Source: an uncultured Anaerolineales bacterium (GTDB lineage Bacteria; Chloroflexota; Anaerolineae; B4-G1). From it: a stretch of DNA of 40,339 nt. Shown in pieces: positions 28,569 through 37,361 of the stretch. The translations under genes were made by a program, and so were the position numbers. Within the stretch, counting starts at the first letter, position 1; each line of letters starts with the position of its first letter. The stretch is taken from assembly GCA_964597105.1 (NCBI GenBank), contig CAZQXX010000002.1, forward strand, positions 1 through 40,339, written 5' to 3'. The notes beneath the pieces are model-generated. The model ran no database searches, was not told the origin of the DNA, and worked only from the letters and a program-made list of their open reading frames with translations.

Positions 28569-29039
28569 CTAGCTCGGCATCTCCGCGATCTGCGGAGTGA
28601 TAATCCACGTCGCCTGCCAGCGTCCGTCAGTCTTCTCCAGGCATACGATGCCTGCGTTGGTGAACTCGATCACCGGCTGCCGATCGTCGCCCGTGAGCAA
28701 CTGCCCTGCCAGACGCTCCATGAACGGCAAGTGGCCCACCAACATGACGGGCTCAGACGCGACGTCTAGCTCCTCCGCCACGGGTTTCACGTCGTCCAGC
28801 GGTGCCAATCCGGGGACAGCCACCACGCCCTCTGTTGGCGACAGGGCATTCCCGATGATCTCCGCCGTCTGTTCAGCCCGCGTCTTGCCGCTGTGGCGAA
28901 TCTGCTCTATCTCCACATTCAATCTGGCTGCCAGATCGGCCGTCCACTGTGCGTGCTGACGGCCCAGATCGGTCAGCGGCCTCTCTGGATCTTGCTCTTC
29001 GGACATCGCCTCTGCGTGCTGTACCAAGTAAACTCTCAT
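28569..29039 (-). CDS. sixA: SixA-like phosphohistidine phosphatase (histidine phosphatase superfamily)
   Basis: MRVYLVQHAEAMSEEQDPERPLTDLGRQHAQ...IRHSGKTRAEQTAEII is co-linear with E. coli SixA as I remember it (MQVFIMRHGDA...RPLT..G). I chose ATG 29039 because GAGGAGGG lies about 3 nt upstream. The track ORF extends to 29111. Confidence 0.8.
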   Translation of the reverse strand: MRVYLVQHAEAMSEEQDPERPLTDLGRQHAQWTADLAARLNVEIEQIRHSGKTRAEQTAEIIGNALSPTEGVVAVPGLAPLDDVKPVAEELDVASEPVMLVGHLPFMERLAGQLLTGDDRQPVIEFTNAGIVCLEKTDGRWQATWIITPQIAEMPS

Positions 29040-29058
29040 CGTCCCTCCTCTATCCTCT

Positions 29059-29219
29059 GTACCGCGCTTTCGAATCGGGCGCATCCCAGCCCGAGGCAGA
29101 CGAACCGACACGACCCGGGACTCGTTCGTACCACCGGGCTATGTGGAACCTGGCCCGGGAGTTGATCCTGCCTTGCCCCCTGCGTCCGCTCCCCGAGACC
29201 GGGATGCGCCCCACGGTAC
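29059..29219 (-). other. Nested inverted-repeat element, a candidate structured RNA leader or miniature palindromic element, between the TM-helix gene and sixA
   Basis: The outer 6-bp pair is 29214-29219 with 29059-29064. The 11-bp perfect pair is gggatgcgccc (29201-29211) with gggcgcatccc (29077-29087). Two internal hairpins sit between them: ccgggc/gcccgg (29134-29139 with 29153-29158) and acgaac/gttcgt (29100-29105 with 29124-29129). Confidence 0.3.
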
Positions 29220-29262
29220 CTGTCGGACAGACGCACAACGGCCGCGTTCATTCAGCGCCCGT

Positions 29263-30759
29263 TCAGTACTGTGTGGGCTCCTCTTCCGACGGCACCCACT
29301 CCTCCAGCTTGCGGGCCGCCATCTCCCGGCCGCCCAAACCGAAGGCGAGCGCTCCAGCCACCGCAACAGCACCCAGCAGGAGACCGAAGGCGAGATTGAC
29401 GATCTCGTTAGCCAACCCCATCTGCCGCAAGGACATCGCGCCAGCGAACACGAGGATGGCAACTCTGGCCAGGACCGCCAGCAGCCCGGCTTGAGCGGCG
29501 TTGCTCTCCCGGATTATGCGGGATGCCACGTTCGCTAGATAGAGCCCGACTCCGAAGATGATCAGACCGAGAACGATCTGACCAGCAAAGGCCGTGAACT
29601 GGCTCACGAGGTCCGCGACCTGCTCAAAGCCAAGCAAGCTAGACGCCTCAATGGCGGCAAAGAGCATGATGCCGACCAACACGAGGTATCCCACGATCTC
29701 CGACGGCGTTCGTTCACCCTCAGCGGGCTCATAGCGCAGACCGAGCCGAGCCAGGATGGAGTTGAAGCCGATCCCCGCCAGAAGGTTGGCGATGAGTCCG
29801 GATACTACCCTGCCAACCACGTAGGCGATGACGAGGACCAGACCGGCGCCGAAGATAGCAGGCAGCGCGGCCAGGATGGCGTTCAACATGTTCGTGGCCG
29901 GCCGTGTAATGGCCTCCAGGGCCAGAGCGTCGAGGGCCGCGATGAGGACGGGTATGAGGATCAGGACATAGATCACGAGGCCTATGGCCCCTGACAACGT
30001 CTGCTCCCCCAGCACTCCCGAAAGCCCGACGCGATCGCTCAGCCTATCCACCCCCACCGCGGCCAGCAAGTTGGTCACGATTCGCTGCACGATCCTGGCG
30101 ATGAACCAGCCGATGACCAGGATCAAGGCGGCACCGAATACATTCGGCAGATAGCTAAGGGCCTGATTGACCGTCTCCTGAACCGGTCCCAGCAGTCCTT
30201 CCAAGGCAAGCGCATCGAGCACTGCCGGCAGGAACAGCAAGAAGACGAGCCAGTAGATGACGTTAGCCAGCGTGTCCGAGAGAGCCACCTCCTGTCCAGC
30301 CTGTGTACCGAGCCGGTCGTCGAGATTGATCGCTCCCAACAGACGCGAAACGATCAGCTTCAAGGCACTTGCGACAATCCAAGCCAGCACCAAGAGCAAC
30401 CCCGCTCCCAGCAGCCTAGGTGCGTACTCGAAGATCTGGGTTAGGAGTTGATTCAACGGCTGGGTGATCAGCGTCAGCCCCAGGGTCTGGAAGAAGGCGA
30501 TCAGGACGAAGAGCATGATCAGGTAGAATACGCCCTTCCCAACCCATTTCCCGGTGTCGACGCCCTCGAGCTTCTCCTCATCCGCGATCCACCGCGCGAG
30601 TCGATCATCCAAGCCCGTGCGGCGCAGGGCTGCCCGAACGGCCGCAGATACGGCCAGGGCGATGACCCACCCGATGATCAGGATTACCAATGCTGCGACG
30701 ATGCTCGGAATCGATCCTCCGAGAAGCTGTCCCATTCGCTGCAGTATCACTTGTCCCAT
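29263..30759 (-). CDS. Membrane protein with four to five 'conserved TM helix' repeats (MscS-associated type)
   Basis: 498 aa. A repeated module of about 90 aa recurs, for example LPNVFGAALILVIGWFIARIVQRIVTNLLAAVGVDRLSDRVGL and LPAIFGAGLVLVIAYVVGRVVSGLIANLLAGIGFNSILARLGL. AGGAGG is upstream. Confidence 0.8.
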   Translation of the reverse strand: MGQVILQRMGQLLGGSIPSIVAALVILIIGWVIALAVSAAVRAALRRTGLDDRLARWIADEEKLEGVDTGKWVGKGVFYLIMLFVLIAFFQTLGLTLITQPLNQLLTQIFEYAPRLLGAGLLLVLAWIVASALKLIVSRLLGAINLDDRLGTQAGQEVALSDTLANVIYWLVFLLFLPAVLDALALEGLLGPVQETVNQALSYLPNVFGAALILVIGWFIARIVQRIVTNLLAAVGVDRLSDRVGLSGVLGEQTLSGAIGLVIYVLILIPVLIAALDALALEAITRPATNMLNAILAALPAIFGAGLVLVIAYVVGRVVSGLIANLLAGIGFNSILARLGLRYEPAEGERTPSEIVGYLVLVGIMLFAAIEASSLLGFEQVADLVSQFTAFAGQIVLGLIIFGVGLYLANVASRIIRESNAAQAGLLAVLARVAILVFAGAMSLRQMGLANEIVNLAFGLLLGAVAVAGALAFGLGGREMAARKLEEWVPSEEEPTQY

Positions 30760-30908
30760 CCGTCCTTACCTCCTATCTGCGTATGGCGCCTCGGACTTGA
30801 CCGAGGTTCCCAGCGTAAGAGCATGTCTATGTTGAGTTCCAAGCGACGGCCAATCGACCGACCACCGGTCGCCCATCTTGAACTGACCGGGCTGAGATCC
30901 CTTGTGAC

Positions 30909-31595
30909 CTACTCTTCTGGCGGCGGCTCCGCCCGTTGCAGCGGCGGCGTTTCCGCCTGACCGGCGTAGACCGTGTCGACGGCGTGACCGATCCGCCGCT
31001 CGCCGTCATACAGGTAGGCGTGAACGACGTACTCGCCCTCCTGTTCAGGCGTGATTTCGATTGTGTAGCTCCCTTCATCTCCTTCAGACACCTGCAGATT
31101 TTCCAGCGTAGCGAGCTGGTCGAACTCCCCCCTCGGCTGCTGAGCCCAGAACTCGAGCCGCAGGTCGCCCCCCGGCTTCAGGCCGCGGACGATGGCCTCG
31201 CATCGCAGTTGCTCACCCGGCGACGGGTACGGCGCCGTCAGGGCGAAGAGGCTCACGAGCTCCGCAGCTGCCTCGCCAACCGTGATGCGGATCCCGGGAG
31301 ATTCCCACTCAAAGCGCTCGTCGTCCCTCCATCCTTCGACCGAGGCGTACACGCGTCCGGTCAGATCCGCGGATACCCGATAGGGGATCTCTTTTTCCTC
31401 GCCAGGCGGCAGTGCCTCGACGTAGTTCCCGTCGCCAGCAATGGCGATGCTATAGTCGTCCATCGAGCGGAGGCGAACGTCGAGGCCTGTCAGCGGTTCG
31501 TCCCCTACGTTCTTCAGCCTCAGCGTAAGCCAGTGCAGCCCCCGGTCAATTGTGTCGGGAGATACCTCAAACTCGATCGGATATCTTGTTGGCAT
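30909..31595 (-). CDS. Unassigned two-domain paralog family, copy P1 (228 aa), the dispersed copy
   Basis: It aligns without gaps to P3 (38280-38924); I counted 117 identical of 211 positions by hand. Shared motifs are YPIEFEVSP, HWLTL, LTGLDV, FEWESP, AELVSLFAL, GEQLRCEA, LEFWA and AYLYDGERRIG. AGGAGG lies 7 nt upstream of ATG 31595. There is no signal peptide. Confidence 0.8.
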   Translation of the reverse strand: MPTRYPIEFEVSPDTIDRGLHWLTLRLKNVGDEPLTGLDVRLRSMDDYSIAIAGDGNYVEALPPGEEKEIPYRVSADLTGRVYASVEGWRDDERFEWESPGIRITVGEAAAELVSLFALTAPYPSPGEQLRCEAIVRGLKPGGDLRLEFWAQQPRGEFDQLATLENLQVSEGDEGSYTIEITPEQEGEYVVHAYLYDGERRIGHAVDTVYAGQAETPPLQRAEPPPEE

Positions 31596-31686
31596 TCGCC
31601 ATCCTCCTCTCCCATCAACGTGGTGCGTGAACGGCTACATCCAAACGCGACTGTAGCGCCATGTCGTCGACCCGCTTCTGATTGTC

Positions 31687-32628
31687 CTAAGAAGCGAGCA
31701 TGACCTCCTTTGCGCGCTGCGTTATCTCGAGCCCCTCGTCGAAGGGGCGCTGCCACATATTGCGGCCGAAGATCAATCCTGTGGCTCCGCTCTCGATGCA
31801 GATGCGTGCCTTCGTCAACAGATCCTCGTCGCTCACCTTGCTCCCTCCGGAGAACAGAACCATGGTCTTTCCCGCCGAGTCAACCACCTTCCGTACCGCC
31901 CGCCGATATGCCTCGTTCTCCTCCATGTCTTTCCATTCCTCATAGAGCTGTCGGTAAGGCTGCGGGCTCTTCTCGTTTCCTGGATCCCTGAAAGCGGGCA
32001 CGTTGAGCTTAACCACATCCGCACCCAGCTCGTTGGCCAACCGGGCGGCGTAGTCGACGGCGTAGATGCTGTCATGACCACCCTTTCGCTCCACCGCCTC
32101 CCCTCGTGGATAGCTCCAGAGGATAAGGGGCATCCCGTACTGCTCACACCTCGCTCGGACCCGCATCAGCTGGACGAAGTCCTCGCTCTGCCGCGGCGAC
32201 CCCACATACAGGGTATATCCGACGCCGTCGGCTCCCAGCCGTACCGCATCCTCAACTGTCGCGTCCAGGGCCGAAAGTGGGCAGTCACCCGAGGGAATGT
32301 GCGGCCTACCATTGATCTTGAGGATCAACGGCACATCGCCGGCGTAATCCTGCATATACTTCTGGGCCAGTCCGATGTGGAACACAACCCCGGAGTAGCC
32401 GCCCTCTTTCGCCAGGCGACACTGATAATCAGGGTCGCCGCTGGGCGGATTGGGGAAGAAGTCGATGGGCCCGTGTTCCACGCCATGGTCAACTGGCAAG
32501 AGCAGTAGTTTCCCGTTCCCCGGCCCGTGCTCGTAGAGCATACGGTGCAACCGCACACGCTTGCCCAGACCGATGGCCAAAGATTCGAGTCCGTCTTTGC
32601 TGCTTGGCGATGTGGACATGTTATCCAT
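31687..32628 (-). CDS. Class I fructose-bisphosphate aldolase family protein (DhnA/FbaB, archaeal type)
   Basis: 313 aa. LLLLPVDHGVEHGP...GYSGVVFHIGLA...PLILKINGR...ADGVGYTLYVGS...GADVVKLNVP...VLFSGGSK. AAGGAGGG is upstream. Confidence 0.8.
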   Translation of the reverse strand: MDNMSTSPSSKDGLESLAIGLGKRVRLHRMLYEHGPGNGKLLLLPVDHGVEHGPIDFFPNPPSGDPDYQCRLAKEGGYSGVVFHIGLAQKYMQDYAGDVPLILKINGRPHIPSGDCPLSALDATVEDAVRLGADGVGYTLYVGSPRQSEDFVQLMRVRARCEQYGMPLILWSYPRGEAVERKGGHDSIYAVDYAARLANELGADVVKLNVPAFRDPGNEKSPQPYRQLYEEWKDMEENEAYRRAVRKVVDSAGKTMVLFSGGSKVSDEDLLTKARICIESGATGLIFGRNMWQRPFDEGLEITQRAKEVMLAS

Positions 32629-32698
32629 GCTGCCCTCCTTACGTGCACTTAGGCACGCCTTCGCTAACCGGTGAATCGTGAGCCTTGCCCAGGTCTCG

Positions 32699-33592
32699 CT
32701 ATCGGATCAGAAGAACGGGAACTCGCGTCTCGTCCAGGAAGTCAAGCAGCGCCTCGTCCTCAAGCGTCTCCGCCTCCGCAGGCAATATCAGCGTACCCCC
32801 CTCCTCGTGCGCCACAAGATAGGCGAGCCGCGAGACACTCGTCTCGCTCAACGTCTGGAAGGTGGGCTCCAGAAGCGTGCCCACAAGCTGGTCCCGGACA
32901 GCCTCCTGCTGCTGGGATGCTTCCGCAGGATCGTCCGCGAGCAGGAAGATCACTAACCCGCCATCCCCTGGCTTCGCGAGATCTGCAGCGACAGCAATCG
33001 CCTTGTCTGCACGCGATGTGCCGTCGTAGACCACGCGAAAGGGTGGTTCTATCTGAGTTCCCTCGCGGAGAACCAGCGTGGACGCCGGGGCCTGGCTCAA
33101 CACCTCTCGAACCACAGGAGCCAGGCGCTCCGTGTGGAACGCCGACCAGGCTCCTTTGCCCATGATGACGACGTCGGCCTCGGCGGCAGCCGTCAACAGC
33201 TCGGGCGCGACCCTGCCACGAACCACGCGGAACGTACAGCGAGTGCCCAGATTTCGGGTGCGCCCAGTGAACCGCCGCCGGACTCGGCCAGCCTGTACCC
33301 TGAGCTGGCGTGAGAGCTCCTGCGTCTCCACCTGACGGCAGCTGGCGGTGAAGAAACCAACCTCCTGAACGAAGGGCAGCTCGGTCAAGCGCCGCACATT
33401 GACGTCCTCGACGAAAAGGCCCAGGAGCTCGGCATCGAGCCGAGCAGCCATCCGAGCCCCGGCCTCCAACGCCGCCCGGCTGTGTTGCGAAGGATCGAGC
33501 GCAACCAGAATTCGGCGTATCCCATGCTCCCGCCCCGGTTCCTCCATGTCGTTACCATCCATGCTCCGGTCGGTCAGGTCTTCATCGCTCAT
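32699..33592 (-). CDS. Universal stress protein family (one clear USP domain plus a degenerate second), translationally coupled to the Lon-like protease
   Basis: RILVALDPSQHSRAALEAGARMAARLDAELLGLFVED...ADVVIMGKGAW. ATG 33592 overlaps the upstream TGA (33589-33591), giving ATGA. Confidence 0.8.
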   Translation of the reverse strand: MSDEDLTDRSMDGNDMEEPGREHGIRRILVALDPSQHSRAALEAGARMAARLDAELLGLFVEDVNVRRLTELPFVQEVGFFTASCRQVETQELSRQLRVQAGRVRRRFTGRTRNLGTRCTFRVVRGRVAPELLTAAAEADVVIMGKGAWSAFHTERLAPVVREVLSQAPASTLVLREGTQIEPPFRVVYDGTSRADKAIAVAADLAKPGDGGLVIFLLADDPAEASQQQEAVRDQLVGTLLEPTFQTLSETSVSRLAYLVAHEEGGTLILPAEAETLEDEALLDFLDETRVPVLLIR

Positions 33593-36054
33593 GAGTCCTC
33601 CTCCTCCTGAGCGCTCTTGCCGAACTCAGACCGCTTCTGGGCCAGCTCGGCCAACCGCTGCGCCACCTTGTAGTTGATGGTCCCTTCCGGATGCTCCCCC
33701 TCTGGACCGGGCTCGCCAGCCGGCACGCCGGTGAGGAGCTCGATCCCTTCGTCTATCGTCTCAACGGGGTAGATGTGGAAGTTCCCCTCCTCAACCGCGT
33801 CGACGACGTCGTGACGCAGCATCAGGTTCTTGACATTGCTCTGGGGAATAATGACACCCTGGTCGCCGGTCAGACCGCGCTCCTTGCAGATATCGAAGAA
33901 GCCTTCGATCTTCTGATTGACACCACCGATGGCCTGAACCTGCCCGCGCTGGTTAACCGATCCGGTGACGGCCATCGACTGCTTGATCGGGACCTCAGCC
34001 AGCGACGATAGCAGGGCGTAGAGCTCGGCCGACGAGGCGCTGTCGCCGTCGACCTGACCATAGGACTGCTCGAAGACGAGGCTCGCGGAGAGGGACAGGG
34101 GCGTCTCCTCCGCGTAGCGCGAACCGAGGAATCCGGCGAGGATCAGCACTCCCTTGGAGTGAATCGGCCCACCGAGCTCAACCTCTCGCTCGATGTCGAC
34201 GACCTCGCCCTTCCCCACACGGGTTCGAGCCGTAATCCGCGTCGGACGACCGAACATGAAGCCGCCGAGAGGGATGATCGACAGACCGTTGATCTGTCCG
34301 ATCTCGTCGCCCTCGGTGTCGATGAGGACCGTATCCCGGAGGATGGCCTCCTGCATCCGCTCGCGCAACCGGCCGGCTCGATAGACCTGGGCATCAATCG
34401 CTCGCTGAACGTCATCCGCAGTAACGACGCCATTCCCATTCTCCCTGGCCCAATGGTTGGCCTCGCGGAGAAGATCCTCCACTATCTCTCCCTTGGTCGA
34501 CAGTTTCTCCGAGTCGCTCACCATCCGAGCACTATGCTCGATCACCCGAGCCACAGCACCCCGATCGAAGGGCTGGAGTTCCGCTTCGTGGATCATGGTA
34601 CCGATGAACCTGGCGTACAGCTGCTGGTTCTCATCGTCGCGCTCCATCTGTTCGTGGAAATCCGCTTGAACTTTGAACAGATCGGCGAATTCAGGATCGT
34701 ACTGGGTCAAGAGGTAGTAGATCAGACGGTTACCGAAAAGACCGATCTTGATGTCCAACGGTATCGGCTCCGGTTCAAGGGAGACGGTGCTGATCAGGCT
34801 CAGCTGCTGAGCCAGCGACTCGAGCCTGAGCTTACCGGAGTCCAGGGCGCGTTTGAGCGCCTCGTACGCGTATGGTTCCGTCAGCACCTTCCGTGCGTCA
34901 AGCAGCAGATACCCACCGTTGGCCCTGTGCAGGGCGCCGGACTTGATCAGATGGAAGTCAGTCGTCAGCGCACCCATGCGCGCCATATGCTCGATCCGTC
35001 CGATCAGATTCTGATACGTGGGGTTGTCCTCGTAGATCACGGGGGCATGGTCGGTCTCGCTGTTGTCGACGATCACGTTCACTTTGTACCGGCGCATCAG
35101 CGCTTGCTGGACCAAGGCCTGACGGCCCCCCTGCCCCTGCTCTCCCTGCATCATCTGCTGCAACGCTTGCTGGACACCCTGCTGCTGACCACCACTCTGC
35201 TGGGGCAGGAAATTCTCTGCGTTCTCGACGACGTCATCCTGGACAGCATCGAGGTGGTCTACGATCTTCGGATAATTCGAGTACTTCTCACGCAGTTCGT
35301 CGATCAGGCCCCCGATGGCCAGGTTCGCGATCTCTTTATTGAGTTCGTTCAATCGGTCCCGCATCTCCCGCTGCCAGCTGGGCACCTGGCGGAGGATCTC
35401 CTGGAGTTCTCCCTGCATCTCCTCAACCTTCCGCTGCAGCTTTTCCTGCTCCTCTCCAGACAGCTCTTGGATCTCGTCGGGAGAGAGCACCTCCCCGTCG
35501 CGCACCGGGGCCACAGCTAGGCCGGCGGGCGTGCGAATGAGCCGCACATCCTCCTGTCGCGCGCGCTGCTGCAGCTCCTCAAATGCCTCCTGCTGTTTCT
35601 CCCGGAACTCCTCCACGACGGACTGACGCCGGGACTGGTATTCCTCGCTCTCGAAGGCTGCTGACAAAGCGGCGTCGAATTGCTCCACGAGCTCGTCCAT
35701 GTCGTCACCGAACTCGACGCCCGTACCGGCAGGCAACTGAATAGCCTTGGGCTTATTGTCGTCCTCGAAGTTCTTCACGTAGCACCAGTCGGATGGCGCA
35801 GGTTCATTCTCTGCCCGCTCCTCAAAGAACCGACGCATAAGGGACTGCTTACCGATCCCCGGGGGGCCCATGGCGTAGATGTTGAATCCCCTATCATCGA
35901 TCCCCATGCCAAATCGCATGGCCTCCACCGCCCGAGGCTGGCCGATGACCTCCCTCAGGTCTTCTACCTCATCCGTGGTTTCAAACCGGAACTGCTCCGG
36001 GTCGACGTACCGATACAGCTTCGTCGAGTCTAGGCGTTTCGATTGGTCAGTCAT
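33589..36054 (-). CDS. LonC-type Lon-like protease: an AAA-like module split by a long coiled-coil insertion, plus an S16 Ser-Lys protease domain
   Basis: P-loop GPPGIGKQ. A Q/E-rich helical insertion of about 330 aa follows. The Walker-B position reads GGYLLLDARKVL. The protease domain reads QVDGDSASSAELYALLSSL...MAVTGSVNQRGQVQAIGGVNQKIEGFF. I chose ATG 36054 because AAGGAG lies 8 nt upstream. The track ORF extends to 36141. Confidence 0.88.
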   Translation of the reverse strand: MTDQSKRLDSTKLYRYVDPEQFRFETTDEVEDLREVIGQPRAVEAMRFGMGIDDRGFNIYAMGPPGIGKQSLMRRFFEERAENEPAPSDWCYVKNFEDDNKPKAIQLPAGTGVEFGDDMDELVEQFDAALSAAFESEEYQSRRQSVVEEFREKQQEAFEELQQRARQEDVRLIRTPAGLAVAPVRDGEVLSPDEIQELSGEEQEKLQRKVEEMQGELQEILRQVPSWQREMRDRLNELNKEIANLAIGGLIDELREKYSNYPKIVDHLDAVQDDVVENAENFLPQQSGGQQQGVQQALQQMMQGEQGQGGRQALVQQALMRRYKVNVIVDNSETDHAPVIYEDNPTYQNLIGRIEHMARMGALTTDFHLIKSGALHRANGGYLLLDARKVLTEPYAYEALKRALDSGKLRLESLAQQLSLISTVSLEPEPIPLDIKIGLFGNRLIYYLLTQYDPEFADLFKVQADFHEQMERDDENQQLYARFIGTMIHEAELQPFDRGAVARVIEHSARMVSDSEKLSTKGEIVEDLLREANHWARENGNGVVTADDVQRAIDAQVYRAGRLRERMQEAILRDTVLIDTEGDEIGQINGLSIIPLGGFMFGRPTRITARTRVGKGEVVDIEREVELGGPIHSKGVLILAGFLGSRYAEETPLSLSASLVFEQSYGQVDGDSASSAELYALLSSLAEVPIKQSMAVTGSVNQRGQVQAIGGVNQKIEGFFDICKERGLTGDQGVIIPQSNVKNLMLRHDVVDAVEEGNFHIYPVETIDEGIELLTGVPAGEPGPEGEHPEGTINYKVAQRLAELAQKRSEFGKSAQEEEDS

Positions 36055-36090
36055 TGGGTTATCTCCTTGAATTGGCTGCAAAAGCTGCGA

Positions 36091-36120
36091 TATTGATTCT
36101 CGTGTCTCGGTCCAGCGCAA
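36091..36120 (-). promoter_or_regulatory. Promoter-like motif TTGCGCTG-N16-TCAATA upstream of the Lon-like gene
   Basis: The minus strand reads TTGCGCTGGACCGAGACACGAGAATCAATA and ends 36 nt upstream of ATG 36054. The 8-mer, the spacing and the TCAAT box are the same as at 20963-20992. Confidence 0.3.
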
Positions 36121-36176
36121 TCTCGTTGTCCCCCGGCCCAACTGAGGGATGACTGGCTAGGATGCCTGTGCCTGAG

Positions 36177-37067
36177 TTACTGCACCTCCACGATCGTATC
36201 GGCCTGCATCTCCAGCATCTTGATGAGCGCGGAAGCGTTCTCCTCGCCCCAGCCCTGGTTGACCGCCCCCTTCAACATCTCGCGCACGATGGCGGCCTCA
36301 GGAATCGGAGACCGGAGCTGCTCCGCGAAGCGGGCGATGAGATTCGCATCTTTCAGCATATGTCGCAGCGCGAAGAACGTCGAAAAATCTCGGTCGATCA
36401 AGCTGCGTCCCACACCGCTGATCAAGGGCGATCGGAAGTCGACCACGTCGAGGACGTCCATCACGTCATGGGGGTCGAGGCCCGCATTCTTGGCCAGGAT
36501 GAGAGCCTCGCCGACAGCCTCAAGCTGGGCGGCCACGATCAGGTTCCCCACCAGCTTCATGGAGGTCCCCATGCCGGTATCGCCCATATAGTGGACGCTG
36601 ACACTGAGAGGCTCCAGAACAGGCTTGACGTGGCTGAACACCCCCTCGTTCCCACCGACGACGATCCACAACCTCCCCTCCCGGGCCTCCTGCTTACTCC
36701 CGAAGACAGGCGCGTCCAGGAACTCGACTCCTCGCTCCTGGTACGCCTCCGCCTCATAGCGGCTGGTATCGGGATGGACCGTGCTCATGTCCAGCGCGAT
36801 CTGCCCGCTATGCACGCCGGCGAGGATACCCTCGTCTGAGAATAGCACACTCTCGACAGCGTCATCGTCGCTCAGGCTGTATATGATCACGTCGACGTCC
36901 GCGACAGCTTCAGCGGGAGTCGACGCCTCCGTCGCTCCCATCTCAATCAGGGGCTCCCGTTTCTCCGCGGTTCGATTCCAGACGGTGACCGGGTAGCCGG
37001 CCGCCACCAGGTTCTTGGCCATCCCGCTCCCCATCACGCCCAATCCGAGGTACGCTATCTTCTCCAT
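36177..37067 (-). CDS. NAD(P)-dependent beta-hydroxyacid dehydrogenase (3-hydroxyisobutyrate / 6-phosphogluconate dehydrogenase-like)
   Basis: Rossmann motif [31 protein letters not shown]. 296 aa. GGAGGG is upstream. Confidence 0.9.
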   Translation of the reverse strand: MEKIAYLGLGVMGSGMAKNLVAAGYPVTVWNRTAEKREPLIEMGATEASTPAEAVADVDVIIYSLSDDDAVESVLFSDEGILAGVHSGQIALDMSTVHPDTSRYEAEAYQERGVEFLDAPVFGSKQEAREGRLWIVVGGNEGVFSHVKPVLEPLSVSVHYMGDTGMGTSMKLVGNLIVAAQLEAVGEALILAKNAGLDPHDVMDVLDVVDFRSPLISGVGRSLIDRDFSTFFALRHMLKDANLIARFAEQLRSPIPEAAIVREMLKGAVNQGWGEENASALIKMLEMQADTIVEVQ

Positions 37068-37100
37068 TACATCACCCTCCAGAAGTACTGGCTCATGCCG

Positions 37101-37361
37101 TCAATCTCTCGTGCCGTTTCCGCAGCCGCAAGCCAACCCAGCCCGGGATCTTAGTCCCTGGACTGTGGCCTCGACAATTGAGGCCACGTTCGTTTGGTCC
37201 CGTTGATCCTGAACGCGCCTCGCGGCCCGCCGTATCGCCTTCAACGTCACCGAGCCCTCCGGCAGTGCAAGCACCTGGTCCCCGCCAACCGGAACGATGG
37301 CACGGCTTCGATCACGGGCAACCACGACCACACTTGGCCCCTCTCCCGTCTGCGCCATCAT
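37101..37361 (-). CDS. Doubtful small hypothetical ORF (about 86 aa)
   Basis: MMAQTGEGPSVVVVARDRSRAIVPVGGDQVLALPEGSVTLKAIRRAARRV... GAGGAGG lies 2 nt before the first ATG and 5 nt before the second. Third-position GC looks coding. No family is recognised, and the ORF could be spurious in GC-rich DNA. Confidence 0.3.
   Translation of the reverse strand: MMAQTGEGPSVVVVARDRSRAIVPVGGDQVLALPEGSVTLKAIRRAARRVQDQRDQTNVASIVEATVQGLRSRAGLACGCGNGTRD

Noticed and set aside
34159-35520. A 453-aa plus-strand ORF
   Set aside because: It is antisense to the Lon-like protease. Its leucine- and arginine-rich sequence mirrors the Q/E-rich coiled-coil codons on the coding strand.
33589-36141. The Lon-like protease read as part of a phage-defence system (BrxL-like, BREX)
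   Set aside because: No PglZ, PglX methyltransferase, BrxA/B/C or other defence genes lie nearby. The architecture (insertion domain, degenerate Walker motifs, S16 domain) fits a LonC-type housekeeping or stress protease.
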